A DNA stretch of 64,000 nucleotides from Amoebidium appalachense. Its lineage: Eukaryota > Protista > Ichthyosporea. The position numbers and the translations under genes are program-made. Positions 21,824 to 45,345 of the stretch are shown piece by piece. The stretch lies in assembly GCA_963693365.1 (NCBI GenBank), contig CAVNZM010000004.1:9452468-9516467 (forward strand). Direction: 5' to 3'. The notes under the pieces are model-generated. The model had not been told where the DNA came from and made no database searches. It saw only the letters and a list, made by a program, of their open reading frames with translations. Position 1 is the first letter of the stretch; each line of letters begins with the position of its first letter.

Positions 21824-22269
21824 CCCCCCCCCCCCCCCCCCATCTCTCTCTCTCTCTCTCTCTCTCTCCCCCCCCCCCCTCCCTCCCTCCCTCCCTTCCC
21901 TCCCTCCCTCCCTCTCTCTCTCTCTCTCCCCCCCCCCTTCCCCCCCCCCCCCCCCCCGTACCCCCGCCTTCTCTCCTTACCTCCTTTCCCCCCCCCCCCC
22001 CCCTCTCCCTCACTCGCTCCCTCCCTACCCCTCCCCCCACCCCACCCCCCCTCTCCCTCCCCCCTCCCTCTGTCCGTCCGTCCCTCCCCTCCCTCCCTCC
22101 CTCCCTCCTTTCCTCCCTTCTCCTCCCCCACTCCCTCCCTCCCTCATCCTCTCCCTCCACCCCCCCTCTCCTCTGTCTCTCTCTGTGCCTCGAGTAAACA
22201 GCCTAACCCCCCCTCTCCACTCTATGTATATATATGTATGTATGTATGTATGTAAATCACACACACACA

Positions 22270-22313
<44 letters not shown>

Positions 22314-22333
22314 GTCTGTCTGTCTCTCTCACT

Positions 22334-22364
<31 letters not shown>

Positions 22365-22869
22365 CCCCTTCTTTAAATCACGTCCTCCCATTACCCCCCG
22401 TGCAGACATAGGTGCATTCATACCTCCTTTAATGTTTTTAACCCGTCCCCACCCCTCCAAATCGTTCCCCATAATTCCCTCCCCCTTCCCCCCCCCCCCC
22501 CCCCCCCCCCCCCCCTTCCCCGGGGCCCTCAACAGATTGCCGCTTTCTTGCCCTCCCCCCTCCCCCCTCCCTTAAATCACGTACCCCCATTCCCCTCCCT
22601 GTAGAAATAAGTCTGCCCCCCCCCCCCCCCCCCCCCCCTTCACTCAGCACCCTCAGCTCTCAGATGCACACACGGTCGCCTTTTCCCCCCTCATTTTCTC
22701 CCTTCTCGTCCCCCCTCTCCCCCCCCCCCCCCCCCCCCCCCCCCCGGCTGCCGTCTCTCCCCCCGTGCTCTCCCTCCCTCCTTCATTCCTCCTTTCTTTC
22801 TCTCTCCCTTCATCCCCCCCCCCCCCCCCCCTTTTTTTTTACACTCCTCATGACACGCACACACACACA

Positions 22870-22906
<37 letters not shown>

Positions 22907-23265
22907 TCTCTCCCCCCCCCTCCCTTCATTCCCTTTCTTTCTCTCCCTCACTTCCTCTCTCTCTTCACACAACCTCTCTCCCATGCACACAAGGTCTCTC
23001 TTAACCTCTTCCCTACTTCTCTCCTACCCTTTCTCCCCTCTTCCTCCCCCCCCCCCCCCCCCCCCCCCCCCGGGCCCCTTCCTCCCATGTTCAAGTGGTG
23101 AAGCAGTGTTAAAGCAGTATCTGAGTTGGATTTCGTCGACCAGGTGAATGGGTGTCTCGGTATGTGTGTGTGTGTGTGTGTGTATGTGTGTGTGTGTGTT
23201 TGTTCCCTTTTCCGTATCTCCCGATCCTCCCTCCCTCCCCCCCCCCCCCCCCCCCCCCCCAAAGA

Positions 23266-23324
<59 letters not shown>

Positions 23325-23851
23325 ACACACACACACACACAAAAAAAAAATCCAAAGGCTTATGAATCTACTTCAACTCCCTTTCTGGTCCTCGGTTCTG
23401 TGTCTTTCGACGCAGAAACCCCCATCTACAAAGAAATTCGAATTATTCCTTCTCGTGGCAATGTTTACCGTACTGGCATGTGTAGTGTGTATGCCCTGTG
23501 ATGTAGTGCATGCACGCGCACGAGCACACCGGGCACACAACACAATTGCCACTCGAGTGCACCATGATGACATATGTACCCACACTCAACCACCACGTAT
23601 ATACACACCACACCACACCACACACACACACACACACACAGAAACACAATATACCTACAGACCTGCACTTTAACATGCACGTGCACCTGTACACATTCTA
23701 ACTGGAAAAGCAAAAAAACGGTCGGCTTTTTGATCATCGGCTTTGCCACAATGCACCTCCCCACCGCTCCCACGGCAACTCTTACACACTTGCATGTGCA
23801 CAAGCCCACTGAGCCCCGGCCCTGAGGGGATGGGCAACCATCATGCTGGTC

Positions 23852-23886
<35 letters not shown>

Positions 23887-25158
23887 TTCCCCCTCCCCGC
23901 CCCGCCCGCCCGCCACACAACAAGAACAACCACCACCACCACCACCACCACCCATGAATATGTAATGAGGCATGCTCTTTGTGTGAAGTTGCAATCTGCA
24001 TTTAGTTGTCCGTCATGAATGTGTACTTCATACCAGGTCCTTCGGCTGTAACTCTTTCTACCCCCTCCCCCCGCCAACCCCCCCCTAACACCAAACCCCC
24101 AACACACAAACAACCACACCCACCCACTCACACTCTCTCACACTGCCACACATCTTAGAATTCGTTACCTTATACACTTACACATATGGACACAAGCATG
24201 TGTTCCCGTCGCGCACACACACGGGGACATATGCGCGCCCACATGACGCATGCACACACACACACACACACATACACAAGTACACAGGTAAACGCGTGTG
24301 TGCGTGCTGTGTGTGTATGTGTTGATGCCACAAAGTTATGATACGGCGTGCATATTCGTGTGTGATAGTGTGTGTGTGGGTACCGAGTCCGAGCTTCAAG
24401 AGTGGATGTGTGGACGCGCAGGGAGCGGTTACGGGTGCAGGTGTGGTAGACCTGCGCACCGTTCGTGCGCGCTACTTTATGCGTAACTCGCACGTGTGAC
24501 GTACAGGCAAAGGGAGAAAGAATTTTTCCCTTTAGCCAGGCTACTTCTCGGTGGCCGACAGAACCCTTGCACCCAACTGTTTGCGTGCTAACAGGATATA
24601 CATCACCTATCTTTCATGCATCACGCTACTACACATGCCCTTGGCAATCTACTAGGTTTCGGGCAGAACTACGAGAAATAGCTAGCCTGACTAACTAAAG
24701 GGTGAACGTGTTTATGAGGGTGTGTGGTTTTTTCTCTTTAACCCGTCTTGCACAAACATCGTTAGCAATTCATGCTCCCGAGCATCACATGTTCCCTTGT
24801 TTCTATTGTTTTTGGAAAAGAGAAGCTTGAAGTGTGCAGGACCGCTGGTGTTCGACAACGGTCATCAGCCACCCGTGATGGAACAAGGGGGTAAAAAAAA
24901 AACTTGAAAAGAGCCCTTGAAAAAACCTCGTACATGGGCAGGACCTCGGGCCAGATCGCCGCCTTTGCGCTCCTTTGCGCTGCGCAAAAGTTGCCGCATG
25001 TCACTGCGTGACACATAGCAAATTGCTGCAGATTATTTGGTCGCATTTGATTGGTGTATGCATTTCATACACATGATATGTTTTCTTTTGACTCGGTTTT
25101 GTTGATCCGTTGATGAAGGCAACGTGATAGAGATAGCATTATAAAGGTCGACTGATCT
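20412..25158. mobile_element. TIR DNA transposon B (4747 bp), diverged homolog of element A in opposite orientation
   Basis: Left end 20412-20436 AGTTCAGTCGACCTTTATAATGCTA. Right end 25134-25158 reverse-complements to AGATCAGTCGACCTTTATAATGCTA (24/25). Flanked by TTAA (shared with A) and TCAA at 25159-25162. Inverted homology to A at 24980-25075/14865-14960, 24370-24550/15350-15545, 24005-24035/15905-15935, 23385-23490/16760-16865 and 23110-23150/17100-17155. Confidence 0.85.
20813..20870. repeat. Perfect 29-bp tandem duplication in element B
   Basis: TTGAGTAGAGCCCTGAGGTGTGTCCTTAC x2. Confidence 0.9.
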
Positions 25159-25749
25159 TCAATTTTTGTTTTCTGCTAATTAGGTGTTTTGGCTTTCTTC
25201 CTATTGGCTTACGTACCATCCAATAGGCGCTACTGAGAAAGTGGCGGCCTGGCGGGCCAGTGGCGGCCGCGGCCGCCACACGTGTCAGGTGCAAGTGGGC
25301 GACTCGGTGGAGGCTTCTTGGGGTATACGTAGTGACCCCGTTGGTGGCAATGATGATTCTGACGGTGCCTCAAGGCCTCCTTTATTGTAAAGAGGAAAGA
25401 AGTAGACATGTACAGGATGCCTAGCCAAGTTGTGGTGAATGTAATACTCGACACTGTACTGCTGTTTGCCTCCACTGTGCGTGCACCCTATTTAGAAGGA
25501 GGGAGAAAGGACAGGAGGGAGATGCAGGATGTAATATAATGCATGTACACCTGCTGCCCGGGCCACGGCATGATTCATTCAACGGGGCCCCTTACAAGTA
25601 GTTAGCCCAGGGGACTCGGAGAGCGAAATGCCTTTGGATGTACTTAGTTTAGTATCGATGCATATGTGATCACTGATCACCCTCCAACGGCGTGTGCCGC
25701 ATGCGCAGGGGAGGCAGGGAGGTTTGTCATACTGGCATACCCCCAGTGA

Positions 25750-26352
25750 AGTTCTGCAAGCTGATCAGAAAAAACAGAATTATTCTGCAAAACGCAAGAA
25801 TATTTTTATTAAACAATAAAAAGTAGGAATACTATTGTTTCTAGCTTTTAAGTTCGGAAAAAGCAGATAGATAGATCTAATTAGATGGTTCGGCATAGTA
25901 TATCTTAGAATAATTATCTGTTTTCAAACAGATCAGATTCGTTCTGAACACGGTGAACATGCTACCACCTACTGAGGCGGTGTCTCCTTTCTTTCTTTCT
26001 TTCTTTCTTTTTTTTTTTTTTGCTTAAAAGGGACGCCTGAGTATGATGTATAGTGAGATGTATAACGTCGCACGTGCGGCAACACGTCAGTACGTGTTAG
26101 GTGAACATGGTTGTTCTGCAGTTTGTTTTACTGAAGCAAAATAAACTGCTCCGGGCAGAATAATCCAGCTTTTATGTAGCAGTGTACATACCGTCATGAT
26201 CATTTACTTCCAGCTGAGTTATTCTAGCCTGGAGCAAGTTGCAGAATTATTCCTGCTTTTGCTGAATATTCTACAATTCTTCTAAGAAGCAGAAAAACTA
26301 TATCCATGTTCTTGCATAGTAGTTCAGCTCGCAGCAATTGGTTGATTCTGCT
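25750..26352. repeat. Degenerate array of AGCAGAATTATTCTGC-like palindromes (older relative of the MITE at 51597-51954)
   Basis: Units such as ACAGAATTATTCTGCAAAA, GGCAGAATAATCCAGCTTTT and GCAGAATTATTCCTGCTTTT. Termini not recognisable. Confidence 0.5.
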
Positions 26353-27236
26353 ACTGTGATTGCAATTGGCACGTGTTATGACATCATAATGTGACTTGCG
26401 TAGCATGCATAATATAGTATAATATGCTGTGGGCACCGTGGCACATGCACACGTGATCGGATAATTTCTTACTGATTATGAGAAACGTTAGAATCTGAAT
26501 CATGGTATCATGATATATGTATTGATTTATTCAGCCTTACACGGTTAATCTGGCACAGCCAGTACTATACGCCGATCATAAATATAAAGACAGAGTGTCT
26601 ACATGGTTCGTGACTGTCGTATGTGAGTCTTGTGGGCAATCAGTATATAAATATATATCATGCACGACGGTTTCACATACAGATGAGAACCGCATGGCCG
26701 TTCATAGGCTATTATGACTATAACTAACCATAACTGGCAAATTGCCTTGCTAGATATGCACGCACCTCGAAAACAAGTCCAGACACCCTCGGATATACAA
26801 GGGATATACACAAGCAAAATTTTAGACTATCTGACCCAATTTCCAAAATTCAAACTTTGAGCAGTCTCGTTGTATCTGTACATGTGTACACGCAGCGCCA
26901 TCAAAAGGGTTAAGCCTGCTTTGCAATTCGTTGGAATTATCGTTCTACTGTGTTAAATCTTAGACTATCCTTTAAAGTACGGTGTGAACACGATGAGGTT
27001 CAAAACAAAAAGAAAGAAAAGAACAAAGTTCAAGAAGACTCGAGCTTTACATCCAACCACGAATCCACCGCGGCCCTCATACCACCAATGATCTTGCCAC
27101 GTTAAAAATAAAAAAGTACCCAATTGCTTCAACCCGTGTAGCAAAGGAGTATCACAAGCAACCCAAACCACAGCTAGCTCTACATTAAACTAAGCCCAGG
27201 GTTTGAAAAGGGAAATTACATACCCAATCATAACAC

Positions 27237-35853
<8,617 letters not shown>

Positions 35854-37744
35854 TTTTGAGCAATTATGTCTGTATGCCGCAAAAGCTATATATTTTTTGA
35901 GGAGGGATGATGGATTCAGTGTTGCTAACCTATAAAAAGTGGTCTTTTGGTCGAGACTGCATTGCGTGGATGTGTGATGCGGTCCAAATCTTATAAGCAT
36001 GGACAAATCTGCATGGCCAGAATATGGTGCATACACTGCGTGATTACTACTGACCACTCGTCAGCAAGTAGTGTTTTAATGTCGGCGGCTTCCTCGGAGT
36101 AAAGAGCTGTGTTTTCGCCCAGGTGTGGATGCCCTCAAAAAAGATTATGATGTTCCTTACTAGCTGGAGTGAGCTGGGGTGAAGAATATTCCACTGGATT
36201 TTTGGGTTGATCACGTGTAGTAATTTATGTGTTACTAATATCACAAGTAATTGTTACAACAACAAGAGGAAACTTCGCTTGAAATTGTAATGCATTGAGT
36301 TCATGTGTAGGTAACTACACTCGGAACAGAAACTTGCCGAAGAAACGTGATTTCTAACGTATTCATCCATGCACTTCAGAACGTGGAGTGCATGCATGTC
36401 CCTTTATATACATGTACAGCCATGAAGACTATATATGATAACTCTCTCTACTGTTTCTGTGCAACATGTAAGCAAGCTGTGTTTCACCGGTACCAAAGGA
36501 AGCTTTCTACAGTTCTGTATTACTGAACTTGAGTGTTCGAATTCCTGCATGCAGTCAGAGTAGTATACTATAGGAGGCCTTGATGCAGGCCCGTGTGGCA
36601 TGTGAAATTGTGAATAAGTTGGTGCGCCGGATCCCCCCAGATCACGTTATTCTGCCCAGGTGGGCCAGGCGCCTCAACCAAAAGATCGCTTCGCCTATTC
36701 AGTGTTGCCGTGTTTGACTGGTCTACTATGGGTTGGGAGGCAGTATATATACCTCTATTGCATGTATAGCTGTACAGATATTAGAAAAGAAAAAGATGAA
36801 AATAGTTGAAAGGTATTGGTATGCATGTCTATAAGAAAGCCTCAGTGAAACCGGGCCCATGCACGTGGCGCCACAAATAACCGTTTGAAAAAAGTGAAGC
36901 TTCAAAGAAGGAGATGCGAAGAGGCTCGTCGATTGGTGAAGCAAGCACCGTCAAGAGAGCCTATGCCTTGGCAGCCAGGCCAGCCAGGCTGCTATTTGAA
37001 CAGATGACGATGGCATGAGCTACCCGTGTGTGAGATGTCAGTGTTTTTTGTCAGAGGTACTGTAATTTGGTGGTCCTCTCTATTTTGAAAGTCAATTCTC
37101 ATATAAATGTGACCCAGCAAATATTAGGACAGTTTATGGGTTTATAGAAGTATAGTAACCCGGTTACCCGAACATGGCTGTTATGCATGGGTTTGAAATC
37201 AGAATAGTGCGCATTGCTCTCAGACGCAGGCCCTCTCCGCTGACGCCCGTTTAATAATACCATTGAACCTTTCACTCAAGTTGCAGGGGTGATGGTAAGG
37301 TACCAAGAAAAAAGGTCGGGGAGCATTTAAATTATGTGTAATTTGAAGGGGAAAAAGGAAGAAAGAAAGCACATGCTTATGCAGAATCCTTCCTGTTGTA
37401 CACTATGACGGCCTCTGGCAGGCCCTCCTGCAGCTGGACTCTCCCCATCAATATCGGGTACCGGGGCTCACAATTCACAATCATTTTAGTTCCACCAATC
37501 ATCTCAAAGGTATGTTGTCGACGTGCCGATAACCAATCCGACAACAGCACTGCACTTTCTAGGGGGACTATCGAGATAATAGCCTATGTTTTTCAACGTT
37601 GGCCAGAAAGTGCGCCCGACGCCGCGATCGCGACGTGTGGCAGACGCGTACTGTATGTACGCGTGCGATCTTTGTATGCTTGCTAAAAGTTTATAATTTC
37701 TACGAGCATACAAAAAAGACCGGAAATACTCTTACACACAGACT

Positions 37745-39240
<1,496 letters not shown>

Positions 39241-39843
39241 GCCCTAGAGAAGGAAGAAGTGTACAGATTGTGGAAGAAGATTATTGAGAAGGTATAGTTA
39301 AAGCAGATAAAGAAAAATTACGATAGTGCGTTGAGAAATGTTTAGCACGAGCGGATTTACCACCACGACCTGGGAGTTTTTCTCAAAGATAAGAGTGTGA
39401 AAACATAAGCTCGAATAACAGCGACAGCTAATTCTAATCCTGACATAGCAACTTGAAGTTGAAGAGAACTAATACAGAAAAGACACTAGCTAAAAATAAT
39501 ATTTCCCAGCTGCTAACAGTGTTCAAATGAATTCACTTACGATGGCTAAAAGATGCCCTGCTGAAGTGTTGGCAGCAAGACGAACACCTAATGAGATTGC
39601 TCTAGCTGAATAATTTACTAATTCAATTATTACTAATAAAGAAGCAAGAGCCATTAAAGCTCCTTGTGACATGAACATGCTTAAGAATTTATTAAAGCTA
39701 AAACAACACTAATATGAGCAGTAGCACTAAAAACATAAGGAACCATTACAGCTCCTTGTGGCATGAATTCATGTAAGGTAAGGTAACTCCGAATTAAATT
39801 TCAAACGATAACGCTAAAGCAATACTAATGTGAGCAGTAGAAC

Positions 39844-39878
<35 letters not shown>

Positions 39879-41645
39879 TTATCTATCTCTCTCCCTCGTC
39901 CTCCAGGACCCTTCTCAGCTTCATATCTGATATTGAATCCCCCTACTCCTTGCCCCCTTGTTCCTAGCTTCCCTCCCGCTCTCCCCCTCCCTCCCTCCCC
40001 CCTCCCCTGCCCTCCCCTCCCCCCCCCCCCCCCCCCCCCCCCCTCTCCCCCCACCCCCCTGCCGGTGCCTTTTTCTTATCGTCTCCATTGCGCTCCAAAT
40101 ACTCGAGCCCTGGTTCTGCTGACATCTGCAATCTTTCGGCCCCCTTTCTTTTCCTTCACTCTGTTGTTCTCATTTCTTGCGTTGGAAATCCACATCTTAG
40201 CAAAATTTCAGTTGCCCCTACCTTGGCCATTACTGTAGGTGTGTTTTTTTAAGTGTTGCCTCACTGGCAGGAAAGTAGGATCCAGAGCCTATGATTACTG
40301 TGGGTCACGGGGTACGTTGAGAAAGGGAGAAGTAGGGCAGGGGTTTGCCATTGTAGCATAGTACGGCTCCCCCCCCCCCCCCCCCCCCTCCCCCCCCCCC
40401 CCCCCCCCCCCTCCCCCCCCCCCCCCCCCCCTCCCCCCCCCCCCCCCCCCCCCCCCCCTTCCCCCCGAAGGGGAAGAAAAAAAAAGAAAAAAAAAAGTGA
40501 CATATGTTGGGAATATTCACAAGTCCTTCAAAGCCCTTTCCTGCGCCCCCCCCCCCCCCCCCCCCCCCCCCCGTTTCTGTTGGAAACTTGGGGTGCGTTG
40601 GTACACCCATCCGAAGTCTATTCGAGGAACTTTTTGAGCGACTGCCATGATAAGGTGCATAACTCTTTTTGCATGCATTTTTTCCAAATATGGTAGTCTT
40701 GTCATTCAGTGGCGGTTCCTAATATTAGTAACTTTAATAGAATAGTAATAACAATAGTAACTCAGTGTGAACATAATGTAGGTACTTAAAAAGTTGCTGT
40801 GATGTCCAAACCATTTTTTTTTAGGGGGGCACTGATGAGGGGAAAAAAACAAAACAAAAGAAAGATAATACCTACACCCGATTCGACCTACTATTTACCA
40901 CGAGCGATTATGATCACTCCGGGTGCAAGAAGAACACTGTAACGTGGTTGCATAAAATCATTTATTTTTTAACACCGTTTTAAAAAAAAACTCGAAAATT
41001 TTCATTCCACACCACTGTCCTTTTATGGTAGGTACTGGACTAATTGACTAATAGAATACAAAATCCGGCACACTAATAATCACCACATTGGTCATAATAT
41101 CTATCTCTAGATTTCCTAAGCCTTGCAAACCTTCGAAATCACAATGCACGTATTCCACCTATTCCAACCCATATTCACATTCAGTCACCAGTTGAGGCGT
41201 GTAATGGGCGTTGCAAATTTCTAAAACCGATCAAACACCTAACGTGGGGAGCAAAATGTTTTCACCATTTTCGATTCATAGATCATACAACCATAAATTG
41301 GGCCAATCATCAACTCGCACAGTTAAATAATGCCAAACCGTGGCATACAAATACCAATGATATTCCATACACCGGCCCTCTAAGCCAATAATATGACGGG
41401 TATTTCCTAGAGACTCTGACGAACATTGCCTGCCAACACAGAAGTGAGCTCTATCTACTAAATGGCCCCAACAGTCAATACAATTCAGATATTGGCATAG
41501 CAAAAGCAATCCCCCCCCCCCCCCCCCCCACCACCACCAAACACACACACACACCGCACGCACGCACGCGCGCGCGCGCGCACACACACACACACACACA
41601 CATGTACACACACACACTGCCACCTGCACAAAGAAAGCCAACCCG

Positions 41646-41688
<43 letters not shown>

Positions 41689-41711
41689 CCACCTCTTACA
41701 CGACAAAATCC

Positions 41712-43473
41712 CTACTTCCTAACCAAGCTTCCCTTCTTAGACAAAGACGACATTTTCCTTCTCATTCTCACCGATGTCCCAAACATGGAATCCACGGAAT
41801 CCAGCGTACCCGTCGACCCATTAACCCCTTCACCGCTCGTCCCCATACCCCCTCCGCCCATCGCCATCCCATCCAACTTACTCGTGTCAACGTACCCATC
41901 CGCGTCAAACGTACATTGCGGACCCTGCATTTTTCCCTCCCTTCCCTGGCTTCCCTGGCTTCCTTGGCCCAGGGAGTGGCTCCTACTCGGTATTTCCAAG
42001 CTCAAATTCCGGAAATTGTTCAAATTGTCGTAAATATCCACCTCATGCTCATCTCCGAGCGTAGGGAGTGAAGGTGCAGGAGACATGCCGCGCAACCCAG
42101 TCACCGCGGCTTCACTATTGCTCCTTCCATTCCTAACCCCCACCACCGGCGACCGTGACACATCGCACCCAACAGACATGGCGCGGGGTCGCTCGCCTCC
42201 CCAGTTCGTCCCCAATGGCATTGTCGTTTCGCTCCTACTCCTAGGCATAGTGGATGGGCGGTATACCCCATCAACACTCAGGCCTTGCGCGGCCTGCGGA
42301 GTGGGAGGTTGCGGACGCTGGGCATAACCCCCCAAGCTCGTGATCGAGTTTGAGCGAGAGGGGTGGGAGGACGCGGGCGTGGAGGGCGGCGTGACGCGAA
42401 TTCCCGCATTTCCCGCGCTTCCCGCGCCTCCTGATTGGTAGGATTCAGCCAATGGCTGCATGAGTTGCATCGTCGAGGAATGCGGGGTGACCGTGGGCGT
42501 TCCGGTAGGCGTGGGGACAGGGAGGGGTCGAGTCAGTGAATTTGAGCGCGAATGGAGGGGGGTTCTTGAAGAGCTGGGAGGAGAGAAGGGGCGATCGGTA
42601 GTGTGCGTGTTTACGTTTGCGTTGGCGCCATGTGTGGGCGTAGTGGTGAGGGTGGGTGTGGGTGTGGGTGTGCGCGGAGGAGGGACGGGAGGGTTTAGGG
42701 CGGCGGTGGCGTCGTGAATATTCGCGTAGTCGGTGGATGGGGGGGAAGAAGAGATAGAAAGCCTCATTTTTCTCTGCATCCGCAAGGACCCCCGGTCGAA
42801 AAGCGGAGGTGGAATGGGACGGCCGGGGGGATTTGTGGTCGGCTTTTTCACCATATCCAAACTTTCGTAAATGTGTTCACCGTCATCCTCCTCTTCTTCC
42901 ACCTGCAGGGGGGTTTTTTGCGCGGAATTTTGCGGTGCCTGTGCGGCGGCCACATGGCCGGAAGGAGAGGCAGACCCGGAAAAAACGTCATAAGGGCTCT
43001 CGCTTGAAATTTGGGATTTTGTGTTTGCGTTTTCAGGGTTCGAAAAGGGGTGTAGGGTATCGTAACCAAGCCCTGCCCCCCATCCGACAGGACGGTTTTG
43101 CTCATAAATAGTCATGGGAGGTTGGGTGAGGCCCCCTAGAGAGGAAGATGAAGTCGAGGGGGGTCTATTCGCATATGTTGTGTTGTACGTGCGTGCCGGA
43201 ACAGGAGGGGGTTTTTTCAAGTTCGGGTTTGCAAATTCACCGGGTGTGGGTGTGTTGTTGCAGTGTGATTGGTTGGCGAAGTTTTCGTACACTGACTCCG
43301 TGTCGTGCTCCGGCGTAGTGTGTGTGTGGGGTTGTACGGTAGCCATGTTTGAGTATACACTCTCCTCTTCAACGTGCGGTGGTGGAACAGGGGAGGTGGA
43401 CCGTGGCGCGGTGGCCGAAGTGAAATCCATGGGGGAGTCTGCGCGCGGAGAGCGGGGCCAGGGGGAGGGGGGG

Positions 43474-43504
<31 letters not shown>

Positions 43505-43732
43505 AGGATGGTATGTGTGAGTGTATGTGTGTGTGTGTGGGAGAGAGAGAGGGGGGGGGGGGTGCGGGGGAGGTGGGAGGTATAATATGTTAGAATTTGC
43601 ATAAATAATGCAAAGGCTTGTTAGTACTATGCACACGGTATGGGGAGAAGTGGAACGCCGAGGGGTAAAAGGCGGTGTATGTACAAATAAGTCACAGGGA
43701 GATGGGTGGGTGGTTGGGGAGAAGGGGGAGGG

Positions 43733-43775
<43 letters not shown>

Positions 43776-44297
43776 TGAATGGGTCATTAAGTACGAAGTA
43801 CACAAGAACAACGGATAACACGATGCAGGGGGGCGGGGGAGTTGTGTGATTGATGGGCAACACACGCAAGGGGATTGTGAGCGGAGGTCAGGAGAACATA
43901 AAGTGATGACCCCCCCCCTCCCCCCCCCCCCCCCCCCCCCCCCCCGCCCCTTCCCTCCCCACCCTCCACCCCCCCACACACACCTCTTTCACAGAATCTG
44001 CCAAATGCTCCTTTTCTCTTCCCCTGCACCAATCGCCCACAGCCCCCGACCCTTCCCCATATATTTTTCATTTTCAGCCTAAACCTGCGGGCATGTGCTT
44101 TCGATCCCCCCCTCCCCCCCCTCCCCCCACTTTCCCTCCGCCCACCCTCCTCCTCCTTCCCTCCCTCCGGGGTCGGCCCTCCCGTCCCACTCCCGTCCTG
44201 CTCCCCCCCATACTCCCAGACACACACGCGCGCGCGCGCGCGCGCATGCAAGCACGTGCACACATGCACGCGCACATGTGTGCACGCGCACGCGCAT

Positions 44298-44342
<45 letters not shown>

Positions 44343-45345
44343 CGTGCACATCTGAATGAGTTTGTGCTTAATGGTAGTGGTAGTAATGTGTTTGTATGTG
44401 TGGATTTTTTATTCTATTTTTTATTTTATTTTTTTTTTTGGGGGGGGGGGGAAGGGGGGGTATCCAGGGCGTGCTTTCATGTTTTTACACACGTGGATAA
44501 TATCTTGTGTTTGGTTGTGTGGTTGTGCGTGTGTGTCGTTGCGTCTGTGTGTGCAGGCCGTACTGACAACCCGGTGCACAACAAAGTGCGAACTTGTTCA
44601 CTTGCACAGTGATGGACCTCCCTGCCAACCCTGGATATCCCATCGCCCGCCCCCACTCCCTTCCGACCCCCCCCCCCCCCCCCCCCCCCCGGGGGGGGGG
44701 CTCCCGGCACTCTTTCCCCGTCACCCCTCCATCCCCCTCTCCCGTCCGCCAAAAACTAACCAATGACACACATGTGTGCACACACGCACCACTTAAACCA
44801 CGCCTCCCCTTTACCATCACACATGAAAAAGAAGATTTTTACACACTGCCTGTCCTCGACCCCAACACAAACTAAAAAAAACCTTTTCATGGTGTTCAAA
44901 GCCATTTACGAATAGCAAGTAGACACTCACCGGCTTGTTTCTGCCTGTTCGGAACCCCGGGCTTCAACGCACCCAAGAGCTGTTCCATCAAATTTGGTGG
45001 TAATTCGGTACCACCAGCTAAAATGTGCCTCTGCAAGTCGTACTTTAATGATGAGAGCACCTCCTGTTGTCTCCTTACAGCCAAATCGTTTTCTGCCGAG
45101 CGTGGTAACGAGAGAATTTCCGATAGGGTGGTCGTCGCTTCTTGAACTTTCTGCGTGAGAGCGGCCAGCTGCACTACCCAATCGTTTCCAGAATGAATGT
45201 GTACAGCGCAATGAGAGATGTGTGTTGCATCACCCCCGTTTCTGAGTGTGAGTTTGTGTGTTGCAGGTTGTGGGGATTCTTTCAGGCTCTCTGATGGAAA
45301 CCCAGGGGGAAGAACACACTCGATATAACCTTCTGATTCTGTCAT
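41712..45345 (-). CDS. Uncharacterised, largely disordered adaptor-like protein (~710 aa) with multiple YxxN/YxxL-type and PxxPxR motifs
   Basis: Exon 45345-44931 (MTESEGYIECVLPP...QKQA, with a helical/coiled-coil stretch) splices in phase 1 (G|GTGAGT ... GCAG|AC) to exon 43438-41712, a 572-codon open frame with normal coding composition. The 3' end may continue through a GTTAGG donor near 41723. Confidence 0.75.
43775..43828. repeat. Short dispersed repeat (copy 2) following a poly-G run, intronic
   Basis: TTGAATGGGTCATTAAGTACGAAGTACACAAGAACAACGGATAACACGATGCAG, matches 16971-17025. Confidence 0.8.

Noticed and set aside
36600-36725. GC-rich segment with ATCGCTTC, reminiscent of the U2 snRNA 5' end
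   Set aside because: Lacks the GTGTAGTA branch-recognition sequence and an Sm site.
40707-40835. CAGTGGCGGTTCC...TTTTAGGGGGGC, resembling a hAT-type MITE end
   Set aside because: No matching opposite terminus or TSD found.
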